A DNA stretch of 46,235 bases from Chromera velia (lineage: Eukaryota), in contig JAHBMJ010000513.1 in assembly GCA_018398765.1 (NCBI GenBank), positions 1-46,235 on the forward strand, written 5' to 3'. Of this stretch, positions 23,701 to 36,400 are shown piece after piece (the first letter of the stretch is position 1; each line of letters begins with the position of its first letter). Made by a program: the position numbers and the translations under genes. Under the pieces are notes generated by a model that saw only the letters and a program-made list of their open reading frames with translations, ran no database searches and was not told where the DNA came from.

Positions 23701-26598
23701 AATTTCTTGAACGAGGGAACCACGTGAAGGGAACAAAACTAGGCCGAAAACTTTTGCGGAAACTTCGCGGGATATCGGACAGGCGCGACGAGAACGATCG
23801 AGCGAACGAAGCAACGGACTAACTGACTGACGGACGGACCTGCTTGGCAGTCTCGACCTCCTTTTCATCGAGATACGGGCGCTCGCGATAGAGAGACGTC
23901 AGCGCTGCATTTGAGAATCAGTGTAGAGACACAGAGACAGAGAAAGGAGGAGACAGTCAGAGGCGCTCATCAAGACGCGGGCGTCAACAAATACAAAGCA
24001 AACGCTCAACGCCTCTCGGCGAAGGAACGGAAGAGTCCTCCAAAGGAAGGGATCATGACATGACATGAGAAGAAATAGGAACGAACAGAAATGAGCCGCA
24101 CACGAAGCGAAAAGCACAATGGAGCCCACTGAATGAATGCATCACCCGACCGACCTTCTGCAAGGAGACGGCGCCGTCTCATTGTCTCCCAGTCGGCAGC
24201 TTCGTGGTCCACCTCCACGCTGTCGGAAGAAGTCAGGGTGGCCACTGCACCTGCCCCTCCCCCAACGCCAGCACCTGGAGTTGCACACCCTCCAGCAGCC
24301 AGACTGTGACTTGAGGAACTGGGCTCTAGGCCCAATCCCAGGGCTGCCATATCAGCGAGGGCCCTCGCCGGTTTGACGGGAGCTCCCGGTTGCTGAAGAG
24401 GGGCAGTAGACATGTGTATGCTCACGCTTGAAGTTGAGGGATGGGTCTGTGCACCTGCAGCTGGACGTGCAGGCAGTTCCGTCTCCTCTTCTCCTTGCCG
24501 TCTCTCTACCGGCCGCTGGTTGTGCGCCGAGCGCGGGCGGTCGGGCGGCTCTCTTGAGGGTAAGCTGGGATGGGACAGAGGCAGTGAGTGGGTGTGAGGC
24601 AACAAGGGAGGCGGCGTAGGACCACTAGCGAGAACGACAGCCGCCGCCATGGGGAGTTCAGAGGCAGTAGTCGAATGCCCTGCTGGGTGGCCCTCCAGTT
24701 GGATCTGCTGGCGGGTCTGCTGCTGATGCTGCTGGGGTCTTTGGGGAGCCTGTGCGAGCCTTTGGACCTCAACCTGTTGCGGCTGGGGCTGGGACTGGGG
24801 CGGGTAATAGTGGGGTGTTTGAGGGGGGGGCTGGGGGGGATGGGTGTGCATGATCCCAGAAGGGATGCTGTCGATGCTTTCGTGCCTCAGTCCTCCTCCG
24901 GTCTCCCCCTCCTGTTCCCTCCACGACCTCTCCCTCTCTCTTCCACCTGCAGACCCGCCCCTCCCTCTCCCCCCCCTTCCGCCACCCGCGGGCCCAGGCG
25001 GCCCCTGTCTTCCTGCAGGCGCGGCCTGAGGCAGAGAGGTGCGCTGGTGCGGGTGGACGGCTGGGGAGACGGATGCGTGGACGGGCGGGGTGGACGCGGC
25101 GGTTTGCGGTGGGGATACGGGAGGGGGAGGGGGTGGGGGAGGAGGGGGCGGTCTGATAGAGAGAGATCTATTGGGGCTCGAAAGCATCCTGGAGGAGGAG
25201 AAGGATGAGGAGGAAGAGGGGAGTGGGCCACCATGCGGCTGTGGCTGCTGCTGCTGCCTGGGAGAGACGAACCCCGATCCAGGAAGGGCAGAGGAGGGCC
25301 CAGGGTGCTGGGGCTGGTGCGGGGTGGCTGTCACGATCTGCTGATGTGAAGGCCCCGTGCCACCTCTCACCCACTGCAGTTGGCTTTGTGACTGTGAGAG
25401 GGTCTGCTGCTGCTGCTGCTGCTGCTGCTGCGTGGGTGCGTCTGTTTGTGGGGGTGCGGAAAAATGGATCTCCAGCTCCTCCCCTACGGCTTCTGGGTGC
25501 AGAGCTTGGGAATACAGCCACCCCGTTTGACCAGCCTGGGGCCCTGAGTAGCATCGACCCAGTACAAGACCATGCGAAATCTCAGAGGGGGGAATGCCTA
25601 TTGATGCCTGAGTCTGATGCTGAAGAACGTACCACTCTCCAGGACACACAGACAGACTCTGACTGAAAGACTCCATACCACCACTGCCACCGTGACCCTG
25701 TTGAGCCGTCTCCAGTAACCGACGAATTTGCGGTATGTCCGGAGCTGGGGCATAGGCCCTACCGACCCTGTGAGTCGAGGGGTCTACCCTGAGTTCGGGG
25801 GGCAGAGGGGACGCTACTGCATTATAGGCATCCATCGCTGTGATCTTCAGGTGGCGCAGTCTCGGCAGAGCACGTTCAGTCTGCCTGTCGCCTGTGTCTG
25901 GAATCAGCAGCAAGTGGGTGCCCAGTTCCCCCGCACGGCCCGCCTCCCCCGGGTGGAGCCCCGCACAGTAGGGCCGAGGGCACTGGGCCCCTTGGAGGCA
26001 TTCGAAGGTCTGCATTGGATTCACAGAAGGGGGGAGAAGGCACACCATACAGAGGCGCAAACTGGAGAGCTGGCTCAGTGACAAGGAAGGCGGGGAGGGG
26101 TGCATTCAGCAGGTGGGCGATCCTGCGGCCCGAACTGACCTTGTACTGAAGTGGATGGTAGAGCACCTCCTCCCACGTATGCGCAAACGGACAGCCTGCC
26201 TTCTTTGGGCAGATTGTCGGGTTGGGGTTCGAGGAAGAATCTGCCCAGTGGAGGTTCGGACAGCAGGTCGGGATGTATCTGAGGTTCTGGAGTTCGTTTC
26301 CGAAGCACGGACTTCGTCGGCAGTACTCAGCACCTTGACCTGGCTGTGGGTGAAGGAACAGGCACCTGCAAGAGAAGGCAGCACAAACCAAAGAGAGAAG
26401 AAAGTTGCCAGAAGGAAGGAGGCGAGATGGAGGGACGAAGCCAGCACAACAGAAATTTGTGTTTTTGTGAAAGAGAGTCACTTACATTCCCTTGTAGCTG
26501 CATGGGCCCTTCTGGTGACGCTCACACAGCTGCGAATAGATCTTCGCAAGCTGCGCGCCATTGAGGAAAAAGTGCTTTTCGGCCCCTTGTGAAGACAT
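20793..26598 (-). CDS. Unkempt-type tandem CCCH zinc-finger RNA-binding protein with a long low-complexity tail (about 1588 aa, 6 exons)
   Basis: Exons 26598-26486, 26365-26140, 26009-24155, 23904-23840, 23547-23300 and 23052-20793 splice in frame. The N-terminus reads QLCERHQKGPCSYKGMCLFLH...RRSP...YIPTCCP...CPKKAGCPFAHTWEEVLYHPLQYKTFECLQGAQCPRPYCAGLH, matching the Unkempt-like CCCH array (C-x-FAH-x-x-EE-x-LYHP-x-x-YKT-x-x-C). The rest is Q/P/S/G-rich. The start codon and last exon boundary are less certain. Confidence 0.85.
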
Positions 26599-27341
26599 CT
26601 GCCTTTGGATGTGTGGACAGATAAGCGATGCCTTTGCGATTTGCGGGGCAAGCACTTCGTCTCCCCCTTCTAGCTCATCTTTGCGACAAAAAGTAAGATG
26701 TCATGCTGTTGAAGGCTCGGTGGGGTAGGTTAGTTAGATAGTTTGCTGCTGAAATTATCCACTAGGGGGGAAGGAACTGCAATGTCAAAAGGGGGGATTT
26801 CTTCCAGGAAGAGATTCAGGTCAGGAAGTCGATCGGTGATGTGACTTTCAGGCAGCTGCGCGCAAATGGGCCAAAGTGATCGGCATGGCCCGAAAATGCA
26901 TGAAGGACTTGGTTCCGGCCCAAGTTCTTGAAAGAGGCCCGAAGACACGACAAACATCCGCGAGGCCGAAAGTCGACAAATACCACAAACTGAAAAGCCG
27001 CTCGAATCCATCCGTGGAACTACTCCACGTTTGGCCGGGATTCGGCCGGACCCGCGGCGGCGCGGCCCAGCCTGAGGCTGCATCTGTCTACGTGGAGCGC
27101 CAAGCGCTGTTGGCTCCCTCAGAGACTGCCGTCTCCTAACAAAAGGCTTTCTGGCGGCAGTCTTGTAGGACACAACCCAACTATCGATAGAGTATCGATC
27201 TGAGACGCCCATGATCATGCATCCCTTACACATCCCATGCCGCTTCGTGATTCTGTGTGTCTGATCGCAAGGCCAGGGTTTGATGTCAGACTGATTCTTT
27301 TTTCTGACTGACCTGTAACAGCTTGTTTGACAGACTTGACG

Positions 27342-27998
27342 ATGTCTCCAGGTGTGTCGCTTCCCTGTGAGTCTGCTTGGGGCAATGTGCCCAACCAGGG
27401 GTGGCTGCTGCCCACTGAGGTAAGGGCCTCGAAGATTCCACAAGCGGGCAAGGGGCGCTTCGCCAAGGCTTCTGCTCCACGAGGAAGCGTCGTAATGCAG
27501 AAGCGTCTCCTTCCCGTCTCCTCTGTACAGTGTCTACAGGACATACCGACTGACAGCACGCTGCTTTTTGAAAGCCTGGAAGATCTCCAGAAGTACCTTT
27601 CCTTGATGGAAACGGGCACTAAACGTTCGGCAGAGGAAGTCCTCGACGTTCTTGCCCACTATACGTGGGGGCGTGCAGGTTTGCAATACGTGTTTTTGAA
27701 CGCCGTCTCCACAGCCACCAATCACGCAAGCAGCGAGACAGAGGGTCTCAACATCGCATTTGACGTGATAGGTGGTTTGGGCTGCCAGAGTTTTGTGGTT
27801 GGGAGGGCGCTGCAGGATATTCAGGAGGGTGACGAGCTGCTGGACAACTATTTTCGTCATGAGATGCCAAAATTTTTCCTTCAGTTTGCAAAGGAGCACA
27901 GTATCGTTCACGCTCGGCAGATTGTTCGGGAGCTTTTCGGACATGAAGCCAAGGTAAAAGAAACACACGTCTCAGAGTGCACGCGCTTGGTGAATTGA
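27342..27998 (+). CDS. Small stand-alone SET-domain protein (putative lysine methyltransferase), single exon, 218 aa
   Basis: ATG at 27342. SET motif I (EVRASKIPQAGKGRFA), an NH motif (TATNHASS) and the C-terminal motif RALQDIQEGDELLDNY are present. No pre-SET or post-SET cysteine clusters. Confidence 0.85.
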   Translation: MSPGVSLPCESAWGNVPNQGWLLPTEVRASKIPQAGKGRFAKASAPRGSVVMQKRLLPVSSVQCLQDIPTDSTLLFESLEDLQKYLSLMETGTKRSAEEVLDVLAHYTWGRAGLQYVFLNAVSTATNHASSETEGLNIAFDVIGGLGCQSFVVGRALQDIQEGDELLDNYFRHEMPKFFLQFAKEHSIVHARQIVRELFGHEAKVKETHVSECTRLVN

Positions 27999-28149
27999 CA
28001 CGTACAAAGATGCCTTTTCTCTGTATTGGTTCAGCAGTAGTGATCTCATACTTCTCCCAAGTTTCTGTCTGTCCAGATCAGCCGGCCCCCTCTCTGTCGG
28101 GTTGCTCTATCTGTTTGAGCGAAGCTCTGCCTTTTCTCATCTGACCTAC

Positions 28150-28499
28150 TCGTCTTGTTTCTTATCTTGCTTGGTGGGTCTGCTCCTTCCCTCCTTTCCT
28201 TCTTTCTTTTTTTCTTTCTTTCCTTCTTTCCTTCTTCCCTTCTTCCCTTCTTCCCTTCTTCCCTTCTTCCTTCCTTCCTTCCTTCCTTCCTTCCTTCGTT
28301 CCTGCCTTTCTTTCTTTCTTTCTTTCTTTCTTCGGCCTTTCTTTCATTCTTTGATTCGTTGATTCTTTCTTTTCTTTTCTTTCTTTCTTTTCTTTCTTTC
28401 TTTCTTGCTTGCTTGCTTGCTTGCTGTCTGTCTGTCTGTCTGTCTGTCTGGCTGGCTGGCTGGCTGGCTGGCTTGCTTGCTTGCTTTCTTTCTTTCTTT

Positions 28500-28559
<60 letters not shown>

Positions 28560-28672
28560 TGTCTCTCTCTGTCTTTCTTTCTTTCTTTGACTCTTCTTTC
28601 CTTCCCTCTTTCCTTCCTTCTTTCCTGCCTGCCGTCTCTTTGTTCTGTCCGTCTGACCCCTGGTTGCTTTCT

Positions 28673-28711
<39 letters not shown>

Positions 28712-28712
28712 C

Positions 28713-28780
<68 letters not shown>

Positions 28781-28866
28781 TCCTTCCTTCCTTCCTTCCT
28801 TCCTTTCTTTCTTTCTTTTCTTTCTTTCTTTCTTTCCTTCCTTCCTTCCTTCCTTCCTTCCTTCCT

Positions 28867-28910
<44 letters not shown>

Positions 28911-28983
28911 TCCTTCCTTCCTTCCTTCCTTCCTTCCTTCCTTCTTACCTTCCTTCCTTCCTCTTCCTTCCCTCCCTCCTTCT
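28150..28983. repeat. Long compound pyrimidine microsatellite (TTTC)n/(TTCC)n with (GCTT)n, (TGTC)n and (GGCT)n blocks
   Basis: About 830 bp of tetranucleotide repeats read directly from the sequence. Confidence 0.95.
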
Positions 28984-30420
28984 AAAGATTAAGAAAGCAA
29001 AACAGTTTTGATGGATTTAGATGGACTAGCTAGTTTACCGCAATCATTTAATTCTAGAATCATTTTCAATCAAAATTATCAAACTATAGTTACGATTCCC
29101 TACGTTAAAGTCTACATTGTTCGGATGATTATTACAATCATTAGCAACTAGATATAACTAGGTTATTTGCTTAAAATGCCTTAAATACATATATAACCGC
29201 TCGTGTAACCGTCGTTTTTACTAATGAATTCTTATTATAAATTTCTAAGTCGCTTTTAGTATATAGTTTATTTCTAATTTTATTTTACATTTGAGTTATA
29301 GTTTTACTTACTTCCCCACTTAAAATTATCTTTAAAGTCATAAAGTTAAGTGTTCTAACTTCAGCATACTGGCATGATATGATGATACTGCTAGGTATGT
29401 TGTCAGCAGCTAGTTAATTAATTTAATGTTTAAACTTTCAATTTGGTATTCTATTTAGTCCAAACTGCTATAGCCTATAGGCCGGGACCGGTCTGACCGG
29501 ACTACATCATTGATGATTTAATTATCATTGTTTGCATCATATATTAGCCTAGATATTAGCAATTGACAATTCAATTAACTGGACCTTTCTTTCCCGTTCT
29601 TTCGTAAAAGGAGAGAGGGTTCTAAAAGCTCAAGGTAGGAGTCCTTTTCTCTAGCCTTTTCTGAGCGTGCTCCGCAGGGATGGTATGCTGTATATCTTAG
29701 GACTAGACATGTCATTGATCGTTTTATCGATCTCTAAGCCTAGGTTACGCACGAACTGCATGTATGAGTTACCATTTGTCTCTGGTTTCGGAGACTCTAG
29801 GTTGAACCGCCATTAAGTAAGTAAGGAAACATCACTTTTTTTTGAAAATCTGCGCTGCAGACGCAGATCCTTTAGGGTATCTTGAATAGAGGGGCGAAGC
29901 ATTTTAAATCTATTCCTAACACGTTTGCCTTCCTTTTATCCTTTCATCCCTTTATGCAATAGTGCAACACATTTGGTTACATTTCAACACTCTAGATTCT
30001 GTCTGATCAGTCTTTTGCGCTTCAGTCGTCCATGAGGATGAGTGCACTGCTGAATCCCCCCCTTTCTCCCCCTTCGACGGAGTGGCTTCGCGTGCCCCTA
30101 CACTTTTTTTTTAGAAACTTAAATTCAGTCCTTAGCGTACCTCAATTTTTCTTAAAGTTTCTTTTAGCTAGTTGACCTCTCAATTCAATTGAATTCATAT
30201 ATTGAGTCTATAAAGAGTCAAAGACTTTCAACTGTGCATTATTTGCATGCCAAAAGCATCATGGCCCGAATGCTAGACGCTTATTGCAGACCGAATCAGA
30301 CCGGCCGATCTAGGGGCCGATAGCGATGACGTATGATACTGATGATCGTGATAATTATATCGACTTAAATTGACATAACCATCATAAAAGAACTGTATTC
30401 ATAGATTTAAAGTTCATGTA
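28984..30420. repeat. AT-rich, TpA/CTAG-rich island of degenerate repeat relics
   Basis: Abrupt composition change right after the microsatellite. Dense TA/CTAG (e.g. aactagatataactagg, ctatagcctatagg), no long ORF, and it contains a LINE 3' remnant. Confidence 0.65.
29579..29826 (+). mobile_element. LINE 3'-end remnant related to the element at 12670-13800
   Basis: Frame 29579-29737 gives LDLSFPFFRKRREGSKSSR*ESFSLAFSERAPQGWYAVYLRTRHVIDRFIDL*. It aligns without gaps to the C-terminus of the other LINE (E..L..S.....G..AV...........D). It is followed by hairpin GTCTCTG-gttt-CGGAGAC (29778-29795), AACCGCC (29805-29811) and a (TAAG)3 tail. Confidence 0.55.
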
Positions 30421-33400
30421 AAGTTGCGTGTGTGCACGCTAACTCCAATCTGTATGCTTAATTGACCAAGCGACTGTTTCAGCGACGTCAATACAATTAA
30501 AGACCCGCCGCCATCCCAGCATGCAAGGCAGCATGTGAGCGTTCTTCCATACACCCACGGGCGATCCATGCTGCTGGACCATGCACGCGCACGCATTCAG
30601 CTCCACATACATTCATCGATGCACTTATGCACGCATGCAGACAAAGAACACTGATGCACGGGTGAAGGAATTCACCCGAGATTGCGCCTCAAATTCTTCG
30701 ACGATGCGCAATCAAGACGCATGAAGGAAGTTGTAAAATTGTGAATTAATTTGGGGAGAGAATTCATTCATCGTGAACTTGATTGAATTTGTGACAGAGC
30801 AAAAGATGGCAAAAACACCTTCTATCTTCTCTTAATTCGCCCAAGGAGCTGACCAAAGCGCGTGCCCTCTATGTGGTGCCCCTTCCCTTCCCCTGCCTTG
30901 CCATGGCAGGAGTGCGCGGTGTCGACGGACCAAAACAACCCTGTCGATCGACAAACAGATTATTGAGTCAAAGAAACAAAACAACAAGAGAGAGACGCAG
31001 GCCAAACGGCCAGGCCGTCCATGCACGCATCCACCCATCCATCCAATCCACTAAGCGCCTGCATGCCCGAAGGTGGTGTGCTTGTCACGTATCAAGGGGG
31101 AACCACCTTGTCTGTCCTTCTCTAGATCTCTCTTTCTTCAGGCGGGGCCGTCTCTTGCACTGACCATTAACTCACAGGTGGTCACTTGAACTCACTCAGG
31201 AGGAAGGATAAAAGGGAGGTGGACGTTCTTGCTCCGCGCTTTTTTTTTGTTTCTTCGCGAGTGACTACAGAGAGTAAAGGGCCGGCTCCGTATGGGAAAG
31301 GAAAGGGTAGAACAGAAGCCTTGATGACTGCCTCACGAAGTCGCCATGGGCCTCTCTCTCTTTTGCCCTCTCTCTTTCTCTTTGCGCATTTATGTGTAGG
31401 CGCGTGTTTCCGTTGATATTGTCAACTCCCTTTCCACTTTCTCTGCGGGCAAGGCACGGAGTCTCTCTCTGTTGTGCTCTCGACACTGAGACTGGCACCA
31501 GTGAGGCGATGGATTTCCGACAGAGCAGGGGCGCAGGACGGCCTAGCTCTGCCCTCACCCCTCCCTCTTTCCCCTTCAAGTTGATTCCCCTCAGTGAGTT
31601 AGTGGTTCTGTCAGCAATGTTTTTTCTCTTTTCGGTTAGATTCGTCTTTCTTTTTTTCTGTGTCTCCTCCTTCCCTTCCATTTCTTGCCAAGAAACACCT
31701 CTTTCTTTATCTCTTCAACTTAATTCAATCAAAGTCAATTAGGGGGGGATACAGGCAAGCCAACAGACAGACTTGAGTGATCCTTGCACAAACGTGCATG
31801 TTCTTTTGATTGTTGCTGCAGTCAACTCGAAAGAATTCGTTGAATTGTGCTCTTGTTGCATGCATAGGGCTGTCCGTCCAGCGAGTTGTGCCTGCCTGCG
31901 CCTGCGTGTGTGTCTGTCTCTGTGTATTTTCTTTGCTCTGCATGAATGCCACAAAAAAAAATCAGGCAGGCAGGCAGGCAGGCGACACGGCGGGTCTGTG
32001 CAGTGTGCGATCGATGTGTGTGTGTGTGTGACCTTGGGGGGGTAGGAGTGACGAACGACAGGGCAGGGAGAGGTTTACAAGTGCGGAGGAACAGATGCCA
32101 GATCGGCAAGCGGATGGATCGGTTGATTGATTGAGGTCTGATCTGACTGATCTGTGAAGCAGTCGGTGGCCATTTAACCAGCCCGAGTGCTGACACACAG
32201 ATGTAGAGACAAACAGACAGACAGACCCACAAAATTGCTGCAGTGTGGGGGGAAATGGGAACGAACGATTGAATGAACGAAAGCGTTGGAAGGTAATCTG
32301 TTGAGACAAGGGAGGGCTGAAAACGGACGGAGAACGACTGAATTGAAAGTGAAAGGATGCTGGAGGGCCAGACGTCACGATGAGAAGCGGTATGGATAGT
32401 CCTTTCCTCTTTCTTTCCTTTCTTCCTTGGTGATTTGCTTTGTTATTTTGTTGTGCGTGAAGGCACCCCCACAGAGGATGCATTCATTGCAAGGGAAAGA
32501 CAAAGGAAAAGACGGGGAGGGGGGTTGCTCGGTAGGAATTGATGCGGCAGGGTATTTGGGTAGCGAAGATTCGACTTTCTTTCAAGACAAAAAGAAAGAA
32601 GGTCTCATTCCGTGCTTTCGTGCTTGCTTACTGGGAAGAATTTTGCACAGGTTGCTCTCTCTCTCCCCCCCCCCAGCTCGTCATTCGTCCCAGACGGAAT
32701 CAGCGGAAGAGAAAGGAGACAGAAAGAGCAGACGGGCGCACACAAGAAAAGAATTTCAAACAGAGTGGGAATTCGCCCCCCTCATCGTACTCAGCTTAAT
32801 TTCGCTTTCCTTCCCTTCTTCCTCATCGGTCCACACATCAAAAACACACCTTCATTCTTTGTTGAGCTGAAACGTTTGGCTTTCATTTGTTTGCTTGGAG
32901 TGTTCTTGTGCTTTTGAAGTTTTCCTTTCTTGCTTCCCTCCTTCCTGCTTCCAGCCAGCAATTCGTTTCTTCCAATGAATGAATTTCTTTCGGCGGGCAC
33001 GTGGCAGGCAGGCGCACACTTCCTGCCTCGCCATCTCCCAACACACGCTTAGTTACTCATAAGAGATCGGAACATTGAAGCCTGCCTCAGAGACAGACCG
33101 ACAGACAGGAAGGCAGGCACGCAAGGAGGCACACAAACAAGCAAGTCTACGCACGCCCAGAAGGAGGAACGAGATCTGTCTCTCATCTGAGAGCCAGTCC
33201 CTCCCCTTCAAATGATGGAACGAATCACCACGCTCAAAAGAAAGAAAGAAAGAAAGACATACGTGGAAGGAAGGGGGTTTGGAAAGTTGGCGACATCAAT
33301 TCACACATGCCTCCTCAGTCAAAGACAGACACAGTTTCCTTCAGCCCCGCTTCCCTCCCTCCCGAGGAAAACAAGAGCTGCACGCCCCACCGACCGAACT

Positions 33401-36400
33401 GACGAACGAATCAACTAACTTACTCACAAACGGATTGATCGATGTACACATCCATCCGAGTGACCATCCACCCGACTCCACGCACACACGACGCACTCAC
33501 ACACACTCACACACGCAACGCACACGCACTCGATTCCTCCCCCTTCTCTAAAATACGGGGACTCCATCAATCATTCGATAACAAAAGCAGCTGCCGAGAT
33601 GCCTGCCTGCCGGAGGCTGCGCAGACTGACAGTCAGACAGACAGACGGAAGCAAGAACAGGAACGAGAAGGTGGGAGAAAGAGGACAATTCACTCACTGG
33701 TTGGGTGACAAACAAAGGGGAAGGAAACATGCCAAAGTCTTTCTTTGCGTTTTCGTTCGTTCGCCTGCCCATTCTTCATGCAGAGGGATCCGATACCGCA
33801 CGTCTGATCTCGTCAGTCCGTGCACCTCTGCCTCTTGTTTCCTTCGCTTTCTTTCTCTACAAACGGAACCGACTTACTAGGGAAGTGGAAGTGGATGAGG
33901 AGTGAGAGTAGAACAAGGAGGGGGAGGGAACAGAGCAGACAAAGCCAAGAAGATAAGAAAGACAACGTGGATAGAGAGAGACGGACAGATACTTCTGGCT
34001 ACTTTCTGGCACTTTTCTTGTCTGACAAGACAGAAAGAAGAAATTGTTTGTTATCATCGACGTACATGCCGACAGGGAAGCAAGGACGTGTGAAAGCGGA
34101 GGCAAAAAGAAAAACAATCATCCTAAAGGAAATAAAAAGAAACATAGGGGGGAATGAGGACTCTCTCTCTCTCCAGAGAAGCCCAACTAAGTACGCAAGA
34201 AAACAGGACAGAGGAAGGGACTAGTGCACTCACTCACTCTTTTCGTCTTCTTATCCTTTGGCCTTCTCTTCTGGTGGCGGGGCGTCTATGACGAGGTCAA
34301 AAGATTGTATGACGACAAGCCAGGACCTGTCAAAGCTCAGTGAAGGTCACTGGAATGGAGTGAGCTGCCTCTTCTGCATTATTCACAGTGCTACCATCTG
34401 TCCCTTCTGCTATCTTCTCTCTCGTCCTTTTTTTCTTCGTAATCTCTTCTCTTCTCGAGCCGCACTGCCTCCCTTTTCGTCATTCCTTTAAGGTTTCGTT
34501 TTTTTTCATCCACCCACTCTTCCATCCCTGCTTCGCTTCCCACCCTCATACAGGCAGGGCAAACGGGGGGGTAAGGGACAAACAAGACAGAGACAGACAG
34601 AGAACTAGAAGACACAAACAAGCGACTGAGGGGACAAGCAGACAGACAAGACAGAAGAAAGGGGAGCGAACAGTTAATTCGTCAGACAGCCTACCCGCAG
34701 TACCCCCGCTCTTCTCTCTCTCTCTCTCCCTCCTTCTCTCTCTGTCGACGCTCCACCCGCCGAGAGAGAGAGAGAGAGAGAGAGAGAAGGAAGAAGACAC
34801 AGAGACAAAAAGAAAGACGACGATCAAAGCAAACAAGAGGGAAATCCTGCTATTAGGGTTGGGGGGGTCAACGGAAGGAAAGAAGGTGCTCCCCTTCTCT
34901 TCCTTTCCCCTGCCCCTTCCGGGTGGCTGATAGAAGAGATACGAACAGAAAAGAAAAAGACGGGCTCGCTGCTCTCTTCTGTCCCTTTTTCTTTCGGACA
35001 TGCATCAATTATCATAATTCGCTGGTTTCTCACACAACTTTTGAGACAGACAAGGAGACAGACAGACAGACAGACAGAGAGGGAGACACAGCGGCGAAAA
35101 ATTCTCTCTGACTTACAAGCACGGACAGGTAAAGAGACAGACAGACGGGCGGGAGGACAGAGCTTGCGCGAGACAAGCCAACACACACCCATAAGCGTTT
35201 CAGAAGAGCGGACGGAATGAACGCAGCAGTCTGTTCATGCATGCATGAATGAATGAATGCATCAGCCCGTCTATCCGTCTGAACTTCCACCAGGTGTTCT
35301 TGCCCTCTTCCCTTCCTTCGTGCACTTTGAGTGAGGAGAAGAGACAGAAGGGGAGGGAGGGTTGAGGAGACAAGAAAGAAAGAAAGAACTAACTGATGTG
35401 ATGTGATGTAATAGGGAGCCGTCCGTCCCGCTCATCCCGCTTCCTTCCTCATTCACGTTTTGCTCCTCCGGTGCAACGCACGCAGAAGCACTCACACACA
35501 CACACACACACACGAACGCACTAGACACAGCGCGCCAAGTCAAGTACAACAGACAGACGCAAGACACTGGTCACATGCCTTTCCTTTCCCTCCCCTCCCT
35601 CTTCCCATTCCCTTTGCCCTCCGTTGAAGGCTTCAGGCAAGTGAGGGCCAAAGGGAAAGTCCTCTTACACACACACACACGCACACACACATACACACAC
35701 GCATGCAGCATTCACACACACACATTCAGAGAGAGAAGACAGAAAAAAGTGGAGAAGAAAAGGCAGAGAAGAGAGTCAAAAGCGAGGAAGAGAAGAGGAG
35801 AAACGACGACGTGCGGGAGGGAGCGAGTCTGTTGGACTCACCCACTCGCTGTGAGAGAAAGCTGAAGCTGGAGGAAGGAAAAGGGTGGTCGGTGTCCCGT
35901 TTGCAGTCTTTGTGGACACACAGACAGACAGGCAAGGCACACGGGTAGGGAGGCAGGCAGGCAGCCAAAAGATCTTCAGAAGAACTGATAAGGGACAGAC
36001 ATACATTCGGATCGAACGAAGCCGGGCCACACAAAGCCGGACAGATGGACGTTTCGTATGTCGATCCGCACCCTGCCGCCCCCCTCCCACCCAGCAAACA
36101 ATCCATCCTCCCGTCCTTAGCAGGATCGGAACTTTCGATCGACTCTCCGGTCACCCCTCTTCAGAAGGGAGAAGGAAGACAAAAAAGAAAAGAAGAGCTG
36201 GCGCAAAGAAAATCAACGAGGGGGACAGAGAGAGAGAAGATTTCAGAAAGTCAGGATTGCTTCCTTCCTTTCTCACTCGGACAACCGGACAACGAACTTT
36301 TCAGGTCACACAGCGCTGCTGCAGCTTCTTTCTCTTTCTTTCTGGATTGACGGATGAGAGAGATAGTTGACGAGTGGCGAAGAGCGGTTCGTCTTTGCGA

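Noticed and set aside
20786..26081. Many overlapping antisense and alternate-frame ORFs over the CCCH exons
   Set aside because: Shadow ORFs of GC-rich, low-complexity coding sequence.
28102..29011. Long F/L/S-rich ORFs (e.g. 28155-28985, 276 aa) that look like membrane proteins
   Set aside because: They are translations of the (TTTC)n/(TTCC)n microsatellite, which lacks stop codons.
29195..29213. AACCGCTCGTGTAACCG resembling a PIF/Harbinger terminal repeat
   Set aside because: No partner terminus or TSD found in the window; too short to call.
36045..36350. 101-aa plus-strand ORF (MDVSYVDPHP...)
   Set aside because: No recognisable motif or supporting exon chain, and such ORFs arise readily in this TpA-poor sequence.
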